Below are positions 34,108-43,984 of a stretch of 64,000 bases of DNA, in pieces. A program made the position numbers and the translations under genes. Location of the stretch: assembly GCF_011386835.1 (NCBI RefSeq), contig NC_088810.1, forward strand, positions 9,176,001 to 9,240,000, in the 5' to 3' direction. The notes under the pieces were generated by a model, which saw nothing but the letters and a program-made list of their open reading frames with translations, was not told the origin of the DNA and did no database searches. This DNA comes from Chrysemys picta bellii (lineage: Eukaryota). How positions within the stretch are numbered: position 1 is the first letter of the stretch; each line of letters opens with the position of its first letter.

Positions 34108-34274
34108 ACAACGAGGAGTCTGGTGGCACCTTAAAGACTAACAGATTTATTTGGGCATCTGAAGAAGTGAGGTTTTTACCCACGAAAGCTTATGCCCAAA
34201 TAAATCTGTTAGTCTTTAAGGTGACTCCTTGTTGTTTTTGTAGATACAGACTAACACAGCTACCCCGATACTTG
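34108..34274 (+). mobile_element. Penelope-like (Neptune-type) 5-prime-inverted fragment
   Basis: Inverted arms of the ...ttagtctttaaggtg... pseudo-LTR sequence, 3-prime end gatacagactaacacagctacc, 13-bp TSD acaaaaa(a/c)cataa at 34095-34107 and 34275-34287. Confidence 0.85.
34127..34223 (+). ncRNA. Minimal type I hammerhead ribozyme motif inside the Penelope fragment
   Basis: Core CTGAAGA 34159-65 plus an extra A, stem II GTG(A)GGT-tttt-ACCCAC, GAAA 34184-87, palindromic stem III AGCT, predicted cut 34191/34192, stem I a perfect 32 bp (34127-58 with 34192-223). Activity and expression unknown. Confidence 0.65.
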
Positions 34275-35379
34275 ACAAAAACCATAACTTTCTTTTATTC
34301 TCACAGCGACTGGCAGAGTGCCCCCCAGGCACGCACTTGCTGCATTGGTGCCTGGAGCAGCCCCTGCTAAAACCACTTCCTAGGTGTTACACATATGAGA
34401 CACAGCAGAGGTTTCGACATGATTGTGTCCTGAGGCCAAAGTGGTGAGAACTGTGTCTGATGGAAACTATAGTCACTGGCAGGCAGGATCCAAGGTTTGG
34501 GAACATTTCCTTTCATATTATTTGTAAACCCCCGTGCTTCCCCCCATAACAATGGGCTGCCAGGAATTTCCCCAGCTCCGCTATTTAAATACCCAACAAG
34601 GAGCGACTGATATTCAGAGCAGACTTCAGGAGGCCACGCTGCCTGTGCCGGTCCCCCATTTCCTGACTGAGACTCTCTCTGGGCTCTGTGTCTGCTGGGC
34701 TGCTCCGGTGAGTACGGCAGTGACTCGGGTTGCTTGTCTCAGACAGCGCCCGCCTGTCTCCACGGTTGGAACGGCCAGGGCCAGCCTTAGGGGAAAAAGG
34801 TGTCCTGGGCAAACTTGTATTTTGGCGCCCTGTCTTGGAGTTTAAGTATGTAGTCGTGTTAGCGAAAGTTTCAGAAATAAAGCTGTCATCTCAAACGTTT
34901 TTATAATTTACTAAAAAAAAGTAAAAAACAAAAAAAAACGAAAGACGAAATGACACAAAATTCAACTCAATTTTATTCAAATAATAACCAATGTGTGTGT
35001 TTTAGGGCACGAGGCAGTGCGGGGGTCGGGGGGGCACAGGGCAGAGCGGGGGGTCTGTGGACAGAGAGGCGCTGGGCGGAGGGTGGTGGCATGCAGGTCT
35101 CTGTGCAGTTGTGGTGGGTGGTCTTGGAGAGATCTCTGGGTGGGGGGATTGCTGGGCATAGGGGACTGTGGGGGGCGGTTTCTGGGCATGGGGGCAGTGT
35201 GGTGCAGCGCGCTGGCAGCACAGGGCCAGGCAGGCCAGTGTGTGTCTGGCGGCTGCTGGTTTCTGAACAGTGCCCTCGCGCTGGGCAGCAGCACGGGAGA
35301 GGCCAGCGCCCGTCACTGTGGATAGAATCAGAGCTGGGGTACCAGATCCCAGCTGGTGTCAACTGGCCACAGCTCCGTT

Positions 35380-35805
35380 GGTTGCAGTCAAGAAGGCTAA
35401 CAGCATTTTGGGCTGTATAAGTAGGAACATTGCCAGCAGATTGAGAAAAGTGCCTACTCCCCTCTATTCAACACTGGTGAGACCACATCTGGAGTATTGT
35501 GTCCAGTTTTGGGCCCCTCACTACAGAAAGGATGTGGACAAATTGGAGAAGGTCCAGCGGAGGACAACAAAAATGATCAGGGGGCTGGGGCACTATTTCA
35601 CTTGGAGGGTGGTGAAGCACTGGAATGGGTTCCCTAGGGAGGTGGTGGAATCTCCTTCTTTAGAGGTTTTTAAGGCCTGGCTTAACAAGGCCCTGGCTGG
35701 GATGATTTAATTGGTGTTGGTCCTGCTTTGAGCAGGGGATTGGACTAGATGACCTCCTGAGGTCTCTTTCAACCCTAATCTTCTATGATTCTTCTATGAT
35801 TCTAT
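35380..35805 (+). mobile_element. CR1 LINE 3-prime fragment (internally deleted)
   Basis: KKANSILGCI...[30 protein letters not shown]...[21 protein letters not shown], tail ttctatgattcttctatgattc. Confidence 0.95.
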
Positions 35806-35999
35806 GTAGGCTACCCATGCACCTCTCTTTCCGGCTAACCAACGGGGCACATGAATATTGTCTAGCAGACGGGCAGCTCGCAGTGACGCTGGAGCCAGGG
35901 CCATGATTTCCTTCCTCAGCTGCTGCTTCTGGCTCCAAATGCTGGCCACGAAAACAGGTAATGGAAATTTCCTTGGAATAACATTTTCCTTGCAGAAAC

Positions 36000-36370
36000 C
36001 CCACAGCGCCCCCTGCCGGGGTTGGAATGGCTGGAAGCTCCCCCTACAGCCAGCTTCCCTGCCCCTCTACTCTCTGTGCCCCCTGCTGGGCCAGGCCAGG
36101 GCTGGAGTAGCTGGGAGCTCCCTCCACGGCCAGTGCCCTGACCTGCTCCCCATCGTGCCCTCTGCTGGGCCAGGCTGGAGTAGCTGGAAGGATCCCCACA
36201 TCCAGCTCTCCCACCCAGTTCCCCACAGCGCCCCCTGCTGGGAAAGACTGGGACTGGAGTATCCAGAAAGTTCCCCCACATCCAGCACTCCCAGCCTGCT
36301 TCCCATAGTGCCCTGTGCTGGGAGAGGCCAGGACTAGAGTAACTGGGAGCTCTGCACATCGCCCCCTGCT
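36000..36370. repeat. ~75-bp tandem repeat upstream of IgV exon 1
   Basis: About 6 units of cagcgccccctgctggg...ggagtagctggga. Confidence 0.7.
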
Positions 36371-38591
36371 GGGTGAGGCTGGCATTTCTCACACACAATC
36401 CATCCCTCACTAACCCCTGTGCTTTCTGCTCTGTGCAGTGCAGTTGGAATCAGACGTTGTAGCTCATTTCGGGGGGGACGTCACCCTGAGCTGCCTCTTC
36501 CCATCTCAGCCCGGCATGAACCTCCAGGACTTGACTCTCACCTGGCAGAAGGAGCAGGCGGGGGCAGAGGCCCTGGTGGTTCATTGTCACTATTACGGGA
36601 GGGAGCAGCTGGAGAAACAGGATGAGGCTTATAGGAACCGGACCCGGCTGGATCCAGAGGGGCTGGCCTGGGGCAATGCGTCCCTGACACTGAGGGGCGT
36701 CCGCACCCAGGACAAGGGCGTCTATCTCTGCCACGTCACCTCGGAGCCGGGCTGGACGGCTGAACGCAGGGAGCTGAGAGTGGAAGGTGAGTGCTGGGAA
36801 TGCTGCATCCCGAGAAGGGTCTGGCTAACATGGTGTGGCTGACTGCTTGACTTATCTTATTTAGTACAATGTCCTGGTCTCTGCCTGATAAGTCATTTGC
36901 CTCCCTAATCCTGTCTTCCAAAGAATGAGCTGCCTCTGCTCCTGTATTAATTACTCATGTCAGGCCAGGTCTTAGCCACACTAACACCGCTGTGTTACTG
37001 CGGCTGGTTCTTTAGCTCAGCCAGCTGCAGTGCAGGGGGTTAGATCTCCCGACCGTGGGTTCAAGCACCAGAGAGAGCCTGACGTGGTCGTCATTGAATA
37101 CCTTCCCCACTGGCAAGGGAGGGCTCATTGCCAACCTGTGATGTCCTGCAGCTGGGTCTATCAGGTTAATCCCATGTGCTTGGAGGGTGAATCCCAGAGC
37201 TGGGGCCCTCAGAGCCAGGCTGGAATCTCGCTGCCCTGAGGCTGCCTTGCGTGTCCCAGCTGCCAATTCCCAAAGGCACCTTCAGTGAGCCCTGCTCCAG
37301 AGCGGACTCAATCTGGATTCAGGACCCAGGTCAGGACCCAGCCCAATTCTGAGACCCCTCCCTAAATCGCCCCCATGTTCCTTCCCCCCAGCCCTGTCCA
37401 GCAATTGAAGGTGAAAAACTCCACAGACATGGGAAGTATTTTTCCTTTCAGCACCCTACAGTGAGCCTCATCTGACCCTTGACCTCTCGTTTCGGCTGGG
37501 CCACACCCTCTTGACCTTCAGCTCAGGGGGCGGGTACCCCCGGGCGAGCGTGGCGTGGAGGGACGGGAACCAACCTGACAGAGCTCAGCACTACCACAGA
37601 GTCCGTGGACGCCCGGGGCCTTTACACCCTGTTCAGCGAGCTGGCCGTGCCCGTGGGGCAGAGCACCAACCTCACCGTGCTCCTGGTGACAGCGCCCGGG
37701 TGGGAGACCCACATGCTGCACATCACAGTGGCAGCAGGACCCGGTGAGTGGGGGAAGGAGGATGGGAATTGTCCAGCCAGTGCAGGGCTCTGCCCCACAG
37801 CGGGACGTGGGGAGGGGATTAGTGGCTGAGCAGAGTTATTTAACCCATTGTCGCCCCCTAGTGGCAGAGTGGGGTATTGCTGCTCGGCAGCCCCGAGTTT
37901 GGGCTTTGCCGCGTTGGCCCAGGCGGGAGGGCGACACGCTGAGCCTGGGGAGCTCGCTCCGGCTCTCAGGCCCTGTTCACAGGAAGCTCTGGGCTCTCTC
38001 TTGTAGGGCAGAGATGGAGCCACGTCTGGCTGCTGGTGGCCTGTCTGGGCGCCGTGATCCTGTCTGTGATAGTGGCTGTGTGGATCCTTCGCCCTCCTGT
38101 CCATGGGACTTGTGGACGCTGCTCAGAGAATCGCTTTGCCAGGACAATGGATGTGGAGGATCCCTCACCCCAGAGCCCGCCGGGCCCTGGCATCTGCCCA
38201 GCCCTGGGTACACCCACCACTGTCCTCAGGGCTGATCTCCCAGCGGCTCCCTCACCTTCACGCCAAGGCTCTGTAGCTGGGAGCCAGGGGTCTCTAGAAT
38301 CGATGGCCGCACTTCATAGCAAGGACAGCGCAGTTCTATGGGCAGCACAGAGCCACTGCACCAGGGCTTGCTCTTGTCCCTGACCCCTGCGATGGGAGAG
38401 CCCCTTGCGAGGCGGGGACTGACCCATGTCAATACAACGGGGCTCATACACTACGGCCCCCACAGGGGAACCTAACCCCGCTTACGCAGGGCAGCTCTTT
38501 GTCCCCCTCTAATCACTGCCCCACATCAGAGCATTTATTGAGATCCCTGTGGGGCTAGGGCCAGAGCCTCAAAGGTATTTATAGAGCCCCA

Positions 38592-38860
38592 GAGATGTGG
38601 GGCTGGGAGGGACCTTGGAGGGCAGCTAGTCCAGCCCCCTGAGGCAGGTCCAAGTAACCCTAGAACAGCTCTGATAGGGGTTTGTCCAGCCTGGGCTTAG
38701 ACATCTCCCGTGGCAGGGATCCCACAACCTCCCTTGGACACCGAGTCCAGAGCTGAACTCCCCTGGGAGCTAGCAAGGTGTTCCTGATATCTACCCTCAC
38801 TCTCCCTTGCTGCAGGTTAAGCCCATTGCTGCTTCTCCTCCCTCCTGCGGAGATGGGGAA
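38592..38860 (-). mobile_element. Old CR1 3-prime fragment
   Basis: Minus-strand ORF RSSNGLNLQQGRVRVDIRNTLL...WTRCPREVVGS...LDKPLS resembles the CR1 ORF2 C-terminus. Confidence 0.8.
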
Positions 38861-39444
38861 CAATTTATCACCGGGGGCAGGAGGGAGACCAAGGGGGAGC
38901 AGGGGATTGTGTGTGGGGGAGGGGTGGGAGGTGGACTGGGGAGTATAGTACTAAGGGTGGGATGGAGAGCAATAGGATAGCAGCTCCCCCACCCCAGGCT
39001 TAACAGAAGGACATGACTCCCCCACCACCTCCGAGCTGTCCCCAGAAATCCTCTCTGTGTGTTCAGTTCCAGCTGGCTGGAGCACCCCCAACCCTCATGC
39101 ATGGGGCACCGGCAGCCTCCCCTGGTGGCCCAAAGGGCAGATTTGACTATTTATTTATGATGTTTTGAAATCTCATGATTTCGAAGCCCATCTCGTGATG
39201 GAGGACCTGCCTCGTGGATTTCAGAGGCCTGGGATCGGCTGGGGTGGGTGACAGGAGCTCACAGGATTTGGGGACAGTCAAGAAGTTATTGTGCATAATG
39301 TGCAGCTATTGGTGTCACTCACTTATTTCTGCTGGTAGACAGAGCGATTTTCTTCAAAAGAAACAAGACTTTCAAAAATGTGTATTTTATACTAAATCTA
39401 TTGGGTATTCTTTAAAAGAAACAAAGAGAAACGTATTTGAAACC

Positions 39445-40580
39445 TGTGACGTTATTGACATAAACTGTAACCGTATAGATCATTGTTGCAACCACTGTTA
39501 TATATTTGCAGCAAATATTGTACAAAGGCTGTTGTGTGAGGTGTCTATGAAGAGGTTATTATTTGCTGGGTATGATTATGCTAGCTGAATGTGTGTCATT
39601 TGTGTAGCTGAAGTTATGAATATTGGCTATGTACGTGTATATCAGTGTGTTTTGATTCTAAGTAGCCTCAGTGAAGCATTTGGGCAGCTTCTTGACAAGG
39701 GACTACTCTCAATAAGTGCCCGATCAAGAAACACTTAACTGACAATGGACTTTGGGAGACGCCAATCCACATCTGAGCTTTCTTGGGAACCTTCAAACGA
39801 ACATGTAAACAATGGCGTTGGCCTGCAAATTGAGCCATGCATGGACATGTGACTTGCCCATGTGACTCCAAGCTCCATCTTGCTGCTGTAATTTTCCACA
39901 GTAAGAACAAAGGGGTGTCCTTCCACCTGGAAGAGACTATAAAAGGCAGCTGCCTCATCTCTATTTTGTCTTCAATCCTGCTTCATACCTCTGGAGGAAC
40001 CTTGCTGCAAACTGAAGCTTTGAACAAAGGACTGAGGACCCATCCCAGCGGGGGATGTATTCCAGAGACTTGATTTGAACCTGCAGTTTATTCTATCGCT
40101 GCTGCAAGCCTGAACCAAGAACTTTGCCATTACTGTATGTAATTGATTCCATTTAACCAATTCTAACTCTCTTCTCTCTCTTTTTCCTTTTATGAATAAA
40201 CCTTTAGATTTTAGATTCTAAAGGATTGGCAACAGCGTGATTTGTGAGTAAGATCTGATTTGTATATTGACCTGGGTCTGGGGCTTGGTCCTTTGGGATC
40301 AGGAGAACCTTTTTCTTTTACTGGGGTATTGGTTTTCATAACCATTTGTCCCCATAACGAGTGGCACTGGTGGTAATACTGGGAAACTGGAGTGTCTAGG
40401 AGATTGCTTGTGAGACTTGCGGTTAGCCAGTGGGGTGAGATCGAAGTCCTCTTAGTCTGGCTGGTTTGGTTTGCCTTAGAGGTGGAAAAACCCCCAGCCT
40501 TGAGCTATAACTGCCCTGTTTGAGCAATTTGTCCTGAGTTGGCTCTCTCAGTTGGGTTCCACCAGAACCGCATTGTCACA
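39445..40580 (+). mobile_element. Solo LTR (~1.14 kb)
   Basis: Inverted termini TGTGAC ... GTCACA, internal TATA (ctataaaagg near 39938) and AATAAA (near 40195), no internal coding region. No TSD recognised. Confidence 0.75.
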
Positions 40581-40703
40581 CTCCCATCACTGAATGCAAT
40601 TAGAAATACACAGATACCAATGTGATTGTTTAGTGTTTTTATTACTGCTTTAAAAAACAATCAGTTCTGTATTAGGTATCTAAGGGAAGCTTTCATTGGT
40701 TAT

Positions 40704-40917
40704 CAAAAAGAACAGGAGTACTTGTGGCACCTTAGAGACTAACACATTTATTAGAGCATAAGCTTTCTTGGGCTACAACCCACTTCTTCGGATGCATATG
40801 ATATAGCATTGTAGCCCACGAAAGCTTATGCTCTAATAAATGTGTTAGTCTCTAAGGTGCCACAAGTACTCCTGTTCTTTTTGCGGATACAGACTAACAC
40901 GGCTGCTACCCTGAAAT
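40704..40917 (+). mobile_element. Penelope-like (Neptune-type) 5-prime-inverted fragment
   Basis: 74-bp inverted arms (40705-40778 / 40809-40882, 1 mismatch), 3-prime end gatacagactaacacggctgctaccctgaaa, perfect 14-bp TSD ctttcattggttat (40690-703, 40918-931). Confidence 0.92.
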
Positions 40918-41188
40918 CTTTCATTGGTTATGTGATGTATAGACCAATGTGTTACTATCAATACTTAGCTTCAATAAATTGGTTAGGCTACTTGGGGGCT
41001 AGTTTTTCAGTGACTATTAATATAGTACAAATCTAGCAACACGCCCCTGGCTGGGCAGATGTGGGGCTGGGGAAGGGCAGATGTGGGGTTGGGGATGCAG
41101 AATTAACTGGAATTTGGGGGAGCTGAGGGAAGCGCTGGACCCCAAGTGCCCCCTGGCAGCCAGCAGGGCACCCACAGGACCAGAGTGG

Positions 41189-41368
41189 GGGAGGGATAGC
41201 TCAGTGGTTTGAGTATTGGCCTGCTAAACCCAGGGTTGTGAGTTCAGTCCTTGAGGGGGCCATTTAGGGATTTGGGGCACAAATCTGTCTGGGGATTGGT
41301 CCTGCTTTGAGCAGGGGGTTGGACTAGATACCTCCTGAGGTCCCTTCCAATCCTGTGATATTCTATGA
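41189..41368 (+). mobile_element. Turtle PolIII/tRNA-derived SINE with CR1 3-prime tail
   Basis: tRNA-like head gggagggatagctcagtggtttgag...gttgtgagttcagtcc followed by CR1 tail ggtcctgctttgagcagggggttggactag...gatattctatga. Confidence 0.92.
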
Positions 41369-41417
41369 GTCATCTCGCTCTGGGAGAGAGATGTGGCTGC
41401 AGCAGGCTGGGATGGGC

Positions 41418-41503
41418 TATAAATAGACTTCACCCACTTTCAGTTTTCTTTCTGTAAGTGGCTCCATGCTGGGGACACGTGCGATCGCGGCCAGGCTGAG
41501 AAG
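41418..41503 (+). promoter_or_regulatory. Candidate TATA box and non-coding first exon for B7-like copy 2
   Basis: TATAAATA at 41418-41425 with possible donors at 41454 (GTAAGT) and 41504 (GTACAG). The leader exon at 48815 starts with an acceptor, so an upstream exon should exist; assigning it here is inference. Confidence 0.3.
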
Positions 41504-42040
41504 GTACAGTCAGTGATTCCTTCCTTCCTTCCTTCTGCTTCTGCTCTGCCCCAGGCTGTAACCGCTCCCCTGCTCCCTACCCCGGGGCCAAGTCCAGAGC
41601 CGGGACGGGTCGGGCTCTCAGGGCCGGGGTCACAGCTCCCAGGTCGGAGAGGGGCCCGGTGCCGGGCACTAGGGGCTGAGCTGTGGCTCTAAAGCAGCGC
41701 TGGGGGGTCTGGGGGGGGGGGGGTTCAAGCGCCTCTGAGAAGCAGGCGAGGGAGGTTTGGATTTTCATCAGTGAATGTCAGATTTCACCATCCCCGTGTG
41801 TGAACGGGGGACAAAATATTTCCAATTCCAGTGATAACAATCACCCTTTCCAGAGGGGCCAAGTAAGGAAAACGCTGCTGGAGTCCCCCTGTCCGGTGTA
41901 TCAAACACATCGCGGGTGTTAGTCGAGCTAGAGCAAGGGGGCCTTGGTTTCGATCGCTTTAACTCTGAATCTCAGCATCTGCTGTCACGACATGATTCTT
42001 GTCGGGCCCCTCAATTTCCCACCGCTGTGAACATCTACGT

Positions 42041-43101
42041 CAGTGGTGTACTGGTGACCCCTTTCACATAGCAAGTCTCTGAGTGCGACCCCCCCCTTAT
42101 AAATTAAAAACATCTTTTTATATATTTAACACCATTATAAATGCTGGATGCAAAGCAGGGTTTGGGGTGGAGGCTGACAGCTCGCGACCCCCCATGTAAT
42201 AACCTCATGACCCCCTGAGAGGTCCCAACTGTTGTACTTAAAGTACTGCACAGGATCTTTTTAGGGGGAATAAGACAAAACGCCACATTTATTAGTAATA
42301 CATGTATTCATTAACACTGTATTATATGCATATAATATATTACACTTACACACACACACAAACACACTCCGTCTTGTTGTTACCAATTAGTTGCTCCCCT
42401 TAACTTCACTGGCCAGGTGAGTTAGATGGAGGAGGGGGTGGAGCCGGGCTTCTGCTGATCCGGATCGATGCTCCCATGTTGACAAGACGAGACCCGGGGT
42501 CCTCTGCAAGACACCTCACTTTTATAGCAGCTTCCCTCTTATGCAAATCTATACCAGATTCAAACTCTGTGTCTGTCCCCATTGGTCCTTTGTGCTGCTT
42601 TCTTTTGAGTGTTGTCCCAATGCTGCAAAGAGGGTGTTTCCAAAAGAAGGTGCTTGCTTCTAACCCCCGAGGCCGTCGGTATGTCTGCTTGTTTTTAATG
42701 AGCCCACTTGACACGTTTTATTGTCCTTGGGTCTGGCTCCCAGCCCCTCTCCAACAGTTGAGGCTGTCTGGAGGTGCTGCCTTCCATGCCTTCCTCATCC
42801 ACACCTCATTCATTCAACAGGGCAATTGATTAAGAGTGGGGGGTGGGGGGAGAGCTCTTGTTCTACTGCTAGCAAACAGAAATTTTTCTTCTATCTTATT
42901 CTATCCTTAGGGGCTATAATATTATACCAAGGGCAATGCAAAGTTTCTAAATGAGGCTTTGATACAAAGTCCCATGAAAACAGAGGTCACACGTGGGTAG
43001 ACCCACCACAAGGTTATATGAAGAGGCACAATGTAAAGTCATATGAAAATTATCAGAGATTTATCTACACAACCCCCAGTTTGAGAACCCTGATCTACAT
43101 G
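42041..43101. mobile_element. hAT MITE interrupted by a solo LTR at 42230-43069
   Basis: LTR termini TGTTG ... CTACA with 4-bp TSD caac (42226-29, 43070-73). Removing it restores ggtcccaacccccagtttgagaaccc of the host MITE. Confidence 0.85.
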
Positions 43102-43207
43102 GATACAAATCTAAAAAAAATGCTTAAAAATACACCGCTATTACTCGTCGAAATTATAAAAACTGAATTCTGCCAAGCCTAGTGAAAAGTAAAACACAAG
43201 CAAGCCA

Positions 43208-43210
<3 letters not shown>

Positions 43211-43274
<64 letters not shown>
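43211..43274. repeat. (GT)n(GA)n compound microsatellite
   Basis: About 14 GT then about 18 GA units. Confidence 0.97.
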
Positions 43275-43276
<2 letters not shown>

Positions 43277-43984
43277 TGCTACATCCACACTGGGGTGCAT
43301 TTCCCTAGACAAACAATTTCTTTTTATCCTAGCATCCTTCCTCTTCCCCGTCAGAACATGCTCCTCTAGCCAGGAAAGGTCACTTCCCTTGTTGAATGAA
43401 TGAACCAGTGATAAACTTCTTACCCTCTGTCACACAGCTCACCCCCACATGGCCAACCATGGTGCAACAGGCGAGTCCTGCCTCAGTTTCCCCTGCTGTT
43501 CCCAGGGCTGACTGAGTTGCCCATCCATTCTACCGTGGGTCAGACCGATGGTCCACTCTGCCCAGAAGAGGAGTGTTGTCGCATTCAAGTCTCTTCTGGG
43601 CATAATTTACTTATACAATTCCAGGCTTTGGTTGATCTCTTGAAATAAGGCAATTCACAACCCCCAAAGTAAGACAGATGAAAAGGCAGTAGTTCTCCAT
43701 CCCCGCTCCAGGGACGGTCACACAGGCATTCTACAAGGGTCTTCCCACAGTGTTGCACTCCCGAGGCACCTGCGAGCCCTAACCCTGTGGAGTGTGGTGT
43801 ATTGAAAACTGTGTTAAAACTGGATCTGTCACTTTAAATTCTAGGGGTGTTCCTGGCCCTACTGGCAGGCTGGGGGCTCTGTAGGGAAGAGTCTGATCAG
43901 AGTCTGCAGAGAGCCAGCCTAGAACAAGGTGGGTGAGTTTAGCCCCTGGACTGTGAGGTGCAGCCTGTTTCGTCTGTTGAGAAA

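Larger units (their letters stand above)
33898..34366. mobile_element. hAT MITE with nested Penelope fragment
   Basis: TIRs CAGGGGCAGCTC ... GAGCAGCCCCTG, perfect 8-bp TSD ctaaaacc. Confidence 0.9.
34582..38383 (+). pseudogene. B7/CD276-like IgV-IgC-TM gene copy 1, frameshifted in the IgC exon (pseudogene or assembly error)
   Basis: IgV exon 36439..36786 intact (DVTLSC...LTWQKE...YRNRTRL...GNASLTL...DKGVYLC). IgC exon 37452..37743 is 292 nt, not a multiple of 3, with the shift at WRDG/NLT near 37570. TM plus cytoplasmic exon 38007..38383 (VWLLVACLGAVILSVIVAVWIL). Candidate leader exon ends at 34707 (SLWALCLLGCS, no in-frame ATG), after TATA-like tatttaaata at 34582. Confidence 0.75.

Noticed and set aside
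41189-41265. tRNA gene
   Set aside because: It is the head of a SINE continuing into a CR1 tail; no proper acceptor stem or terminator.
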